Of a DNA stretch of 64,000 bases, positions 15,424-32,118 are shown piece after piece (position 1 is the first letter of the stretch; each line of letters begins with the position of its first letter). The notes under the pieces are model-generated. The model saw only the letters and a program-made list of their open reading frames with translations, had not been told where the DNA came from and ran no database searches. The stretch lies in the NCBI RefSeq assembly GCF_009914755.1, contig NC_060939.1; one strand, 5' to 3'. Position numbers and translations under genes: made by a program. The DNA comes from the human T2T-CHM13v2.0 reference genome, Homo sapiens.

Positions 15424-17317
15424 TCATTCTACCCCATGAAATGCTAATACAGGGCCTGTCTGGTACACAGTAAGTGCTTAGTACCTGCTTCTTGAATTGA
15501 ATATCTGCAATGGAAAAAATCAAAATGAGCACTGCATGCAGCATCTTATATAATTTGCCAAGAACTTTTGTATCCATTTTCTAATTTCATCTTCCCAAAG
15601 CCCTATCAGAAAGGCATTATTAGCCTTACTTTACAGGTTTGAAGATGGAAGATCAGTCAGCTGGTAAGTGACTTGTCCAGCTGGTGAGTGTTGGAGCAGG
15701 GTCTCAAACCCAGGACTTTTCAACCTAAAGTATGGGTTCTTTCCTCTCCACTGTACAACCAACCAGTCAAGAAAGGAGAGGACACCAGCACCAGGGTTTG
15801 GGTCCCTGCTACCCTAGCCCAGAGAGATTCAGCCACAAGAAACTACTTCCCATCCACTAAGATGGCCAACGGGGTCTCTTTTCCTATGGATCTGGAGATA
15901 GTCCTGTTCCCATATCATGTGTCCTGGGGACACAGAGCCTTAGGGGCAGGAATAAATGCTGAGATGAGCACTGTGGTGCCAGGCAACCTGATTGATCCTC
16001 TGCCAGAGCCCCCAGCCCCTGACACCCTCCAGTCCTCTACTAAGGCTGGGGCCAGGGCTGAGCTGAGTTCTGAACATCATTTATTGACACATAAAATCCA
16101 AAGGTTTGTTTCTCCAAGGTTCCGCTGAGCCTGCATTTTTTAAATAACTACTCCAACCACTGAAAACATGCCTGTCCTTTTGGTTACTGCCTTTGAAAGA
16201 CTTGATATATTTTGGAGCATTTGTATACTTAATATTTTTAAATTGAATTTAGAATTTTTACAGCATTGCTATTAAATATGTGTCACCTATTTTGAACTGT
16301 ATATAAAAGTGTTTATAAGAGTGGTGTGCATGTCCCAACATTTATTTAATCCTCTAAATTAACCTTTGAATGTCTTGCAAAGTGCCTTGTTAAGCATGTC
16401 ACTTTTTTCTCTTAACACAGTGCATAAAAATATTCATAAAATTGCATTGTTTTTGAGCATTAATCCACTTATCAAAAATAGGTATGTGGTTGTGTTCATT
16501 TATTTAATTAATTGAGGACTTTAAATTTTCAAAAAGGGTAAAAATGGCCAACCAAATGTAAGATATCTGAGAAGCCACAAAGGAACTGCTTATCCAACCT
16601 TAGAGAAACAATCAAACTCTAACGCTGACATGAAACAGACACACTAAACATGGACAGAGGCTGAAGGGTGGAGAAAAAAGACTAGGAGTTGGAGTAAAGA
16701 AAATGCTGCAACTAACTGGACAAAGAGAAGTTCCAGATATGCAGCACCAATGAGCTATAATGAGCATGATCTGGCTCAATGCAGGAAATATGTAACCAAT
16801 ACAATCATCACAGTGAACTGGAATACTATTCACCTCTCACTCCCCACGTTGCCCTCCGTACTCAGAGGAACACGTTCTTGTTTTTTTAGTGATCAGCTAC
16901 AAGCCCCAGGGGAAATCTTTTGACAGAACTTCAAATCCTAGAGAATGATATGCTCTGTCAAGAGTTTGATTATTGGGCTCATTACAGGTTTTATGTGAGA
17001 AGAATAAGATTAACTGTTCACAACAAAATGGATGAGAAAATCCAATTTTATTAATAGCAGGTAAGATCTGTTGAAATGAAGTGTGTTGCACTACGTATAC
17101 CTCATTTCCCATCAGGTCCTGCTGATTTGCTGCCTTTTAGGTACTTTTTCGAGCTGTTTAGTACCTATTGGGTTATGTGACATCATGATTGACGCCTCAG
17201 GCTCTCACTAGACTTGGAGAAAGGGCAGCTTGGCATAACACCCAGAGCACTGGGGTTATGTACTACATTGACCTTGGTAATTTGGACTCCTGGAATGATT
17301 AGTTTCTTTAAGTTCAT

Positions 17318-17318
<1 letters not shown>

Positions 17319-17353
<35 letters not shown>
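17319..17353. repeat. (CA)n microsatellite
   Basis: ~17 perfect AC units. Confidence 0.95.
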
Positions 17354-17355
<2 letters not shown>

Positions 17356-17499
17356 GGCAACCTCAGGATTCTTTCTCTTCTGTCCACCAGGAGATCCCAT
17401 TCTCTTTGTACTCAAGGTAAGACTTGCTAAGATCCAAAGACTGGACTTAAGTAGTTAGAGGGCTGTCAACTATGAGCACCAATGGCCTTATCAAGCAGC

Positions 17500-17620
17500 T
17501 TGTTTGTTTGATTGTTTGGTTGTTTGTAGAGATGGAGTCTCACTATGTTGCCCAGGCTGCCTTGAACTCCTGGGCTCAAGCAATCCGCCTGCCTCAGCCT
17601 TCCAAGTAGCTGGGACTCGC
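17500..17620 (-). mobile_element. Alu monomer (FLAM-like)
   Basis: GTAGAGATGGAGTCTCACTATGTTGCCCAGGCTG...CTCAAGCAATCC...GTAGCTGGGACT with (TTTG)n tail. Confidence 0.8.
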
Positions 17621-17930
17621 ACCCGACTTATCCAGCAGATTCTTAACATTTTCCCCTATCACAACACTTGTGAAAGATGTGAAAAACTCAAGCATGGCAT
17701 ACTCTCTTCATACAAACAGATCTTAACAAAAACTACTAATCATTTTCCAAGGAAGAAAAATATTACAATAATTATCAATAATACTAAGGGCCACAAACTT
17801 ATGGCCAATGGGCTAAAAGCAGCCTATCCCACAGAAGCATTTCCTTTGGTCTGCATAATATTTCTTAAATATTTGACTTTTTTTGCTATCTTGAAAATGG
17901 GATGGTTTTACACTAAAAGAACAGTGATCT

Positions 17931-21770
<3,840 letters not shown>

Positions 21771-22718
21771 ACCCTATACATATCTGGTTTCTTTGGAAAA
21801 CATGAGAAAATCAGCCAACACAGGGCTCACACTCTCACATGGTGACAGTTGGCTGGAGGAAGGTACATATCACTTCAACACAGACCCCACCACTCTCTAT
21901 TGCCCACTCCCAGCCCATCACACTCATTTCTACCCCCTGCCTGGCTCCATACTGCCCAGGTCCAACCACCCTGGCACATTGGTCAGGCTGGGAGTCCTGA
22001 ATGAGAGTACCACAGCAGCCACCCAGCTCAGACTGCCAGCTAGTGGACTAATCAGACTCTTGTTTTCTGGCTCACATTTGGAAATTGTTCTTCCTTTATT
22101 CTAAGCCAACGATAATTCAGTGGGGCAGAAGCCTCAAAAGAGAGAGCTTGAACTTCTGAATCATAAAGACTACTCAAGCAATTAATTGGAAAAACTAAAA
22201 GAAACGAGATGGTATTTGCATTCCAAGCTGGTGAAGTAGGTCATATTGATTACATTTTTTTAATCATTTGAGTAAATCATGTGCAAACTCTATTTTAAAA
22301 GTGATAGACACCTTTTTGCCTCAGTTCAGAGTACAGTTACAGGGCTTTACCTTTGTCTAGTGGCTGAGCTGGGTGACAATACAGGGAGGGAATCTCACAG
22401 AGTAGCTGACAGTAGTATGCCAGGCATCACACCCACAAACAAGGGCCACTCAGCTTCCTGACCTGGAACCTTTGGGGCTGCAGACTTGTGATACTCACAC
22501 AACTTATCTGCTGGTCTGGCACAGCCTTGACCTATCAGAACTGATACTGGCCAAATTATGGAGCAGAGTCCTCATAACTCTCTCAGTTAATGGACCAGTG
22601 GGAAGTCTGGGAAGATCACAAGGGGAGAAACCATGACTAACAGAGTAGTAGGAGGACTCTTAAGGCATTGACCAGCCAGAATGAACATTTTTAATATTGA
22701 TTATACGGCCTCATCACA

Positions 22719-22940
22719 CCAGTGGGTGCTGGGCCAGAGCTCTGTTGGAATCAGCTCACCCCAACTCTCGAGAGTCAATTGTGCACACCTCTTCCCAATT
22801 CTGCATTTAGTGACACCATAATGATGGCTCAAAAATCAGCCATGGTGGGAATATTTGCAACATGGAGATGGACAAGTAAGTGCCACAAAACAACACATCA
22901 TTCCCACCCCCACACTTCCAAAAGCCTGTTTACCTGTACA
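22719..22940. mobile_element. MER63-like hAT DNA transposon fragment
   Basis: TTGTGCACACCTCTTCCCAATTCTGCATTTAGTGAC...AATCAGCCATGGTGGGAATATTT. Confidence 0.55.
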
Positions 22941-23019
22941 CAGCTAGTAAAGACTCAATATCAGCTGCAACCCCACTCACACTCAGGACAGTCTCTGCAC
23001 TCAGGAACCCTGGTGACAG

Positions 23020-23230
23020 GCAATCCTCTAAGGGCTTTAAATATAAACACTCATTTAACCTTTACAGCAACCCCACAAGGTACATCCTATTAGTATTCTC
23101 ATTTTACTGATGAGGAATTGAGGTACAGAAAGATCAACTGACTTGCCCAAAGTCACACAGCTACTAAGTGGAAGAGCTGAATCCAAACCTGACAGCCTGG
23201 AGCCCGAATCCACGTGCTTCACCCTACACA
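23020..23230 (-). mobile_element. MIR SINE
   Basis: Core ATTTTACTGATGAGGAATTGAGGTACAGAAAG...TGACTTGCCCAAAGTCACACAGCTA. Confidence 0.75.
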
Positions 23231-26074
23231 GCACTGCCTTTCTTTCTTCTTCCCTTTTCAAAAGCTTCAGTGGGTCATGAATACAGAACCCAAATCACCA
23301 GCTACAGAAAACCTGATTTCCCTTTTCTCAGAACCAGGGAAGGCCCATTGCTCAGGCCTCACTTCTTCAAGAGAATGGGAGACGTGTGCATCTAATCTTG
23401 AGAAAAATTCCCCTCCCAACACCCCCACCCCAGAAATGTGCCTAATGATGTCTTTTAAAACGCAAGGTGGTTTTCATTAACAAAACAGGTGGACCGTCCA
23501 CACGCAGTATTATTGGTAACGGATGGTTTTCTGCCTCCTGGCTCTAGCTGCCTGGCCCTGCCCTGCCGTCTGCTCCCGGATACTGGGGGTATAAACCCTC
23601 CTGGCCTTCTAGGCCTGTTGGAAAATGCTGGCCTGGCTCCAGGCATCAAAAGCACATCCGGCCCTTGCCCAAGCCCTGCACGGGGGCCTGAGCAGGCCTC
23701 TGGGAGATCCTGGCTAGAGGCATCAAGACCAGATGGCCAGGGAGATTACTACAATTTGATTTCCACATAATCCATGAACTTGGATAAGCAAATGTCTCTT
23801 CATATGCATTATCTTGTAATCCCAGGGAGGGCTGTGCAAAGCAAAGAGCCTGGTTCTTCCGCCTCCACAGGCCCAGCATGCTGGGTAATCCCTGCTCTAC
23901 TGGACAGGGCTTCTGAAAGCCAAGCAGCTCTGCCAGGAGGCTAAGGAGATGCTGCCTCCAGGGCAGCGCTGGCTCCTCGGAAGCCTGGTATTTGAGCACA
24001 GGGAGGAGACCCTGGGCTCCCAGTGGCTCCCAGAAAGCATCAGGGATTTGAAATGCTGCAGCCAGGCAAACCCCACATGGCATGTGGGCAAAAGCCCAGG
24101 CTGGGATTCAGGACTCCTGGAATCTCCTGCCTTTGCCTCCACTCTTTGTGAGGTCTAAGACAGGTGACTTCTTGTCTCTAAGCCTGGTTATCCCCAAATG
24201 TAAAGCAAGAAGGTGGAGGCAGGTTATTTAAAGAGTCCACCTTGCTTTGCATTGCATGTAGCCATGCGTGAGCACAGGCCTGGATTGCCTCCCTGTCACA
24301 TGTCAGGAGCTGCTAACCCAAGACCATCCTGAGGCAGGCGCCCCACCCTACTGGCTGTCTCCAGAACCCCAAAGTGCCCTTCATGAACCTGGTCCCTGGA
24401 TCACGAGGACTAGATTTAAGTCCCAGCTCTGCCACTCACGAGACTGAGGCGGGGCCACGCACATCACTTCCACAGCTCCACGCTGCCCTTACTCCTAGTG
24501 AGGTTTATACAACCCTGCTTTCCTCCGGCATCTTGTGAGGGTCACAAAAATTAGGATGCCAGACTACAGAGAGAATCTAGCCTCTCAGTCTACTCAAAGC
24601 AAAAGTACGTTAAACTGAATCAAATACATGGGAAAACAATAGGATGTTGCTGTTATTACCTTTTTTCCTGGCTCTGTCTACCCTTTCACATTTCACCTGT
24701 CTTGAATTCCCACACCCTCTTCATGACTCTGCTTAATCCCATCAACTCACCCTAATGTGTTAATGACTTGGTTGGTGACTTCTGCCTCCCAATACAGCTG
24801 CATGTTTGCAGTGGCCTTCAATGCCTTCACTCAATTTGTAATAGGCAGATGGTCACTCCGTGATGCTCACATGCCAGGAGGTGTGAGGGAAGAGGGAACG
24901 TGGGCTTCCGGACCGGCAGCACAGCTTTCGACTTGGAGCGTCTGGGACGTGTATACGTTTGTGTGTGGCGCCTCCCTGTGGACACCACAGGTATTGCCTG
25001 GGACCGACCCTGATTGCCAACATCTATCTCAGCCTCTGGCAGTCCCCACCAGGATTGTGGAGGCAACTTTCTTATGTTGTCAGTGAAAAACCCGAAGCCC
25101 ACATGGGGGTGGATAACTTGTTCAAGATCAAACAGTTCCTTAGGCATTCTGCAAAAAGGAAGAAGTGATCTGTAATAGCACCTCATAATTCTATAAGCAT
25201 GAATGCTGAGGCAGAGAGCAGCTTGCCCAAGTCAGTTTCAAAGCTAGAAATTTAGATTTGAGGACCAATCCTCATACAATACATGCACCTAAATCTTTGG
25301 GGAGAGAGACGACCTCATTCTTTCCTGTTTATCTCAGGTAGTGATAGTCCCCCTGCTTCTGAAGCCACATCTGGTCTACTATTGCAAAATCTGCTTATGC
25401 CTGATGCCCCTTGAAGTTTCCACAAGGGCCTGACTCGACTGAGGGTTCACCCTCCACTCTCCAAATGGGCTCTGCCCAAGACGACCAGTGTCGTCACTGT
25501 TGTCATTTGTAATCCATCTGGAGAGGGATGAAGACGTCCCGGAGCCACTCAGTTCATGGGCTCAGGGATGCAACAAGCTCTATCCAGAAAAATTCTAGAA
25601 CAGTGGGGACTGGTGGTAGGGGGGACAGGGGTTGTCACTGTACTCATTCATTCAACAAATACTGAAAACTCTGTACCAGGATTTGGTCCAACAGCAATCT
25701 GATCACAGTCGGAGGAAAGGTTGTAGGTCAGAGTTGAGACAATTATTAAGGTGAGCTGTGGGCGTTGGCTGAGCATCAGTCAGGGTCCAATCAGGAAAAA
25801 CTCAGCCATGCCAGGTAGTTCAGAAGAATGAGTTTAATATAAGGAACTAGTTACAAACGTGTTGGAAAGACTGAAAAATGAAAACAGAGGATGGTGGAAC
25901 ACCCCAGAGATTAGCAAGTTAGAAGTCACTGCCACTCCCAGGGCTGGGGGGACAGAGGAAGGACGTGGTGCTCCCAGGAGCCTCGACTACCTGCAGAAAT
26001 TTGAATCATGAAGGCAGCTGCCAGCAGAGCTGGGCCCAGAGTAGATGCTGGATTGCCACACACAAAAAGAATGA

Positions 26075-26539
<465 letters not shown>

Positions 26540-26599
26540 TTACAAAACACAGCAGGGAAAGACTAGGGAATGGGTCTGAGAGCAACAGGCAAATGCCCC

Positions 26600-27030
26600 A
26601 GTGTGTGAGGTGCATGTTCAAGCCTACACGTGACGTGAACGTTCAAGAATACGCGTGTGTATTATATCAGCTTCAAAGGTGTGTCGGCAGAGTGTGCATG
26701 TGTGTGTTTTAGTGTGACCGTTCAAGGGTATGCATGTATCAGACGGAGAACAAGCTTTATACCTGTGTGTGATAGGAACAAACACCCAAGTGTTTGTGTG
26801 TGATGCGAACATTCAAGACTATGTGTATGTGTGATGAGAATATTTAAAGCTCTTGGGGGACATGTGTGTGTGTGCTGTGAATGTTCAGGAGGTGTATATG
26901 TGATGTGAATGTTCACAGCTGTGTGATGTGATGTTCATCCAAGGTGTGTGTGTGTGTGACAGAGAGTGTGTGACAGAGTGTGTGACAGAGAGAGAGAGAG
27001 TGTGTGTGTGTATGTGTGTGTGTGAGAGAG
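26600..27030. repeat. TG-rich degenerate tandem repeat / compound (TG)n-(GA)n
   Basis: Recurrent (TG)nATGTGAATGTTCA-like units, then TG/GA tracts. Confidence 0.7.
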
Positions 27031-30000
27031 AAACTGGTGCGAAGACATAGGGATGGAAGAACAGAGTGTACAGAAATGTTCCCTATATCCATAGAAGGAA
27101 ATGTGGCCATTTGTCTTCGCTGGGGACAGAAATGCATACTAAACTTTTCAGGCTCACACGTGCATAAAGAATGGCTAAGAGAATGGTGTTCAAAGACAGC
27201 TGTGCGTGAGGTGGGACGATAAGACACATAAAGTTTGCCCTAATAAACAGACTTTTTCATCCAAATGAGTTTCAAAGTAGCCACCTTAAAAAGTTAAATT
27301 TTTACTGTATGGATGCAGCCATGGCCCAGTAAAATTCTGGGGTCTGCTTTCACAGTCCATCTTGCGCCCAACAAATAGTCTACAATCATTACTCATCATC
27401 ACATATTCTTATTGGCTGAGGCTAGAATGACCCAACTTAATCACTTAATCATTCATCATTCCCATTGTTGGCTTAAGAACTTCTCCAAAACCCAAATCTC
27501 TCTCTTTAAAAAAAAAAAAAAAAAAAAAAGGGAATTTGTCCCCCTTGAGGCTAAGCTTCCCTTGCATGTACGCATTAAAATACAAGCTTCATTGCTTGAT
27601 AATTAGCTGTTGTGGATGGCAGTGTGCAGGGAGCTACAGAAACTACTGGGAACCAAAGGAATACTGTGGAGTCTACAGAATTCCATCATACACACATTTG
27701 ACTTTTATAAATTCGAACTATTACAGCAAGAATTTTAAAGGTGAGACAAATAATACTGTAAACAGTGCAGGCATTTTCATCCACTATTTTCTTCCATGGG
27801 CTCCTGCTCTGGAGTTAGCCTCGGATGGATGAGGTGACTCCATCTAGGACCTCGAATGTCTGTCTTTGTGCAAACATCTCATATTTGGTGTAATTCAGAA
27901 TCCTCTTCATATTCTCCCAGCCCGCTCCATTCAAGCCTCTAAGGGATGGGGCACAGACCTGCAGTCAACAGCCCTTCAAGGACAGGGATAGGAATCTTAG
28001 TATTTTATACATCATGGCCCCGAAACACAAGCCAACTGGTTAATCTTGTGCTCCTCCAAATAAATCATGATTGGTTCCACCTCTAGAAGAAACACTGGCC
28101 ATGTTAGATTCCCGGAGAGACCTGGCCAGTCACCAATGTGTTACCTTTCTAAAGGATATTTCCATGGTAACTTTAGTCATAGATTATTTGTGACCTATAC
28201 AGTGACTTTAGAATCCAGCCCTCAGGTTAGATGTGATTCTGCACAAGGCATCATGGAACTCATTCTCTTGCCTTCAGACAAAACTACTCTTAAGCTGTCT
28301 TGGACAGTTAAGAACCTAAAACACTGTAAAATAATTCCCATATGCACTGCCCTCCAGCCCCACAGAGCTTCTTCCAGGCCTCTCTGGGCTTTGTGCACGT
28401 GATTCCTACTCTCTTCTATTCCCTGGCTCTCTCCCCTCTATTCTGAGGCCTGCTCTGAGGCCCTCACAGGGTTGGTGCACAGCACAGCTCCCTTTGGCTT
28501 GTTGACAGGCAGGGTTCCCCCACCACCCTCAGCACTAAACTGAGGATGTTGGCCAAGAGTATTTTGGTCTCCATTTTATTCCCAGTGCTTGGCTGTAAAG
28601 CAACCTCCTCCACAAATATTTGTTGAAGGGTTAACTGGGATGTTTCAAGAATTCTCTTTATTTGAGGTTTTTCCTTGTCATCAAGATTTACCGTCTTGTA
28701 GAAAATGTGGTGAGGTGATTGACAAACTGAAAAAGACTAATCTATTGGACTACTCAGAACTGACCTTATTTTTAATGGCATTTGTTCTTGTTTTATTTTT
28801 AATACTCATGGAGATTCTTACCCACTGTTACCAATTAGCTTTCCCAAATTGTGCTTTAACTGTTGATTTTTGTACTAAGAAGTAGCATCTTCAAATAAAA
28901 ACTCACTTTAATATTTAATAATCCTAAATGTCAAGGAACTCTTCCCATGTGTAACTTCTCAAAATTCCTACTGTTGCATTTTAACGCTTGCTTACTTCCT
29001 CTAATTCAGACCAAGATGACTAATGGACATCCTCTGTGTAAGTAATATACACACTCAAAAACCATGACTCTCACCATTCCCTTCTCCAAGTTCAAATAAT
29101 TCCAATCCCTTCAGCCTCACTGTTCTCCATGTCAATCCTCTTCATATTCTCACAAATCACCCCAGTTCAGGCTTTCCAAGGGGTCCATGAGCCTGCAGTA
29201 GATTGCTCCTCCATGACCAGTTCAGGAATTCCATGATACAAAGGCAGGGGTCCAGGCAGCATGGGACAATGGATGGCTTTAGAATCACATAGCTCTGGGT
29301 TCAAATCCTGGCTCTACCAAGCATTGACTGAGACCTTCACAGGGTCTCCTCCCCTCTCCAAGCTTGTCTATGGATCTAAAAATGCCACACAAGACCAACG
29401 TAATTCTTAGGTGAGTCAGATTATGTTGTGGACATGCAGGCCTAGCACAAGGCTACATGAAGTGGTCCTAACACATGGCAGTCTGGGTGCCCTCCCCTCC
29501 CAAGGGCATGGCGTCCATCTGTGACACTCCCTGGAGCTGATGCATGGGGGTGGATGGCCATGAGTGCCCCACATCTGTCCTGGTTGGCTGCCAGCAAGCT
29601 TCTGGCTGCTGCTTAACCCCAGGAGACTGGGTGCTGGGGACTCTGCTCAGCCTGAGATACGAAGCTTCTCCAAGGGCAGCAGCCTAAGGCCAGGCAGGTT
29701 TCCAGAAGGTTTCCAGGTTTCGTGAAGGTTTCCAGAGACAGCCTACTTCTGGAAGAGCAGATGCCAGGCAAACCCTGCCACCTTGTGGTGCTCATGCGTA
29801 TGAGCCCGCTCCAGCTGTCATAAAGCCCCGCCTTCCACTCTGGGCTGCCATCTGGTTTCTCGGTCTGGGGATATCCTCTCTCTCCTTTTCTCAGCCTGAT
29901 CTACCCCAAGGCTTTCTGACCTGGAGGTGTGTCCCAATCCCCTTAGGCCCAGGGTGTTCTCAACTTTGTCTATTAGCCCTGTCATTCCCAAAAGCCCTAG

Positions 30001-31468
30001 CCTCAGTGCCCTCATCTGACTACATTAGGACAGTTTTCCCCTACTGGGCCAAAGGAGAACCTGGGAGTCTCTCTCCCCCACCCACCTTAGCCACTCAGCA
30101 GCTACTTGGGGCCTGGTATCTGACACTTGGGCAATCAATGCTCTGTTTGTACTGCCAAAGCCTCTGAATAAAACCTGGGGCCGGCTTCTCAGGCCCACTT
30201 CAGAGTGGCTTAGTAGGGTAGCTGGGATGTATGCGTGCACATGTGCACCTATGTCTTGCTCTAGGCTAGTAAGACCCTCCCTGGCAGTGCCTATCTCCTG
30301 ACTTGCAGGGGACCTTCCAGCCCCAGCCCCTCAGCTACAGCAGTGATTCAGCTATCTGGACCTATTCCTGAGCCTTTAACAGCACCTATTCTGACCACAG
30401 AGAGAACACTTTCCTCCTTCGCTTCCTGTTTTAAGCACCAAAATGCCAAGACAGGTGAAAGGCGACTGATAGCCTAAAGTAACTGGCCATAATCCAGGCT
30501 CGATGTGCTTCTAGAAAATAAAGCGGAGAAGGGTAGGGGCTGAGGCTACCCTGAGATTTCAGGCAAACAGGCTTTATCTTGCTATGTGTGTTTGAAGCTT
30601 AGCGATCTGTGAGCTTTCAATAATTGGGTTGCTGACCTTTCAGCGGCACTCCTTTTCCCCTGTTGGGGTAATAGAACGGGTCAGCAAATCCTTTCTGTTT
30701 TTAGTGCCCATAAGCCTGTGCCTAACAGTGGCTCTGGATTTCCTGGCCCAGGGTGGGACAGAGCTAACATGCCCAACCAGCTGGATGAGGCTGGCTATGG
30801 GACTTACCTGCCATACATCCATTGTGTGTGGCATTAATGGATGGAAACCATTAATGTCCAAGTTACTCACATCCCTTTCCAAATAGGTCAGAAATGCTTG
30901 GTTGCCACAATGTATAACTTAGAAAAGGTGAGAATGGGAGTTGTAAAAGCTAAAGATGTTACAGCTAAATGAAGGAGCAGAATTCAGGAGCCTAAGTATG
31001 TTGGAAGGAGGGAAACATTTGCTGAGTGTTTATAACAAGCCACACATGGTGCTAAGTACTCTCGCATAACTTACCACATTACCTGAGAAGAAGTATCATC
31101 TTCATTTTATAGATGAGAAAGGTAAAGTTAAGAAAAGTTAAGAACTACCTTTGTATACAGGTCTAGGTTCGAATTCTGGCCCCACTTCTTACTAGGAAGT
31201 AACTCTAAGTAAGCTAACTAACTTGAGTTTATTTCTCATGTATAAAATAGGGATAAAGATGCCTGCCCTGCTGGTTTAAATAACAACGTAGCTTGTAAGT
31301 AAGGGCACTCACAAGGCTCTTGGCACTCAGGAGTCACTACGCTGTCATCAACAGTAACAGTAACTTAACTGAGGTCATAAAAACTCAAATCCAGGTTTTC
31401 TGACCCCAAGTCCAGTGCTCATGGGGAAAGGAGCTAATCTGCACACAGTTTCTGAAGCCCAGTAGGTA

Positions 31469-31803
31469 CGGATGAACATTCCTAACCCCAAAATCCAAAA
31501 GGCTCCAAACTCCAAAACTTTTTGAGGGCCTCAATGACACCACAGGTGGAAAACTCCACACATCAAGTACTTAACACAAATTTTGTTTCATGCACAAAAT
31601 TATTTAAAATATTGTATAAAATTACCTTCGGGTAATCTGTGTATAAGATGTATATAAAACATAAATGAATTTCATGTTTAGATTTGGGTCCCATTCCCAA
31701 GATATCTCATTATGTATAATGCAAATATCCCAAAATCCAAAAAAACCTGAAATCTGAAAACACTTCTGCTCCCAAGCATTTCAGATAAGGGATATTTGAC
31801 CTG
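31469..31803. mobile_element. Tigger4 (Zombi)-derived MITE
   Basis: Degenerate TIRs CGGATGAACATTCCT...AGGGATATTTGACCTG flanked by TA (31467-68, 31804-05); typical internal AAAATCCAAAA motifs. Confidence 0.75.
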
Positions 31804-32074
31804 TATAGGAGCCAGATTAACAACTAATTATCCTATAAAGTGTTAAGTGTAGAAGCACATACAAGGCATAGAAATGGCCCAGCAGGAAGTAACCCTTGAA
31901 AATAAGTTACCAGGAAAACAAGTTTGTAAGCAGGGCAGTATTTTCTCTGTAGAACCAGCAAAGGTGAAAACAAGGAGACCAGAAATCATTTGGGAAAACA
32001 ATGACCAAGAGGCGAAGGCTAAACCTTAACAACTGAAGGATCCTTTCAGTGAACTGGGTGGTCTGTTGTACATG

Positions 32075-32076
<2 letters not shown>

Positions 32077-32115
<39 letters not shown>
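32077..32115. repeat. (CA)n microsatellite
   Basis: ~19 perfect AC units. Confidence 0.95.

Positions 32116-32118
<3 letters not shown>

Noticed and set aside
15688-16128. 146-aa intergenic ORF (similarly 23646-24083, 17504-17944, 62803-63204)
   Set aside because: No recognisable homology or supporting exon structure. Several start in MIR/Alu or at non-ATG codons, and the lengths are expected by chance in 64 kb x 6 frames.
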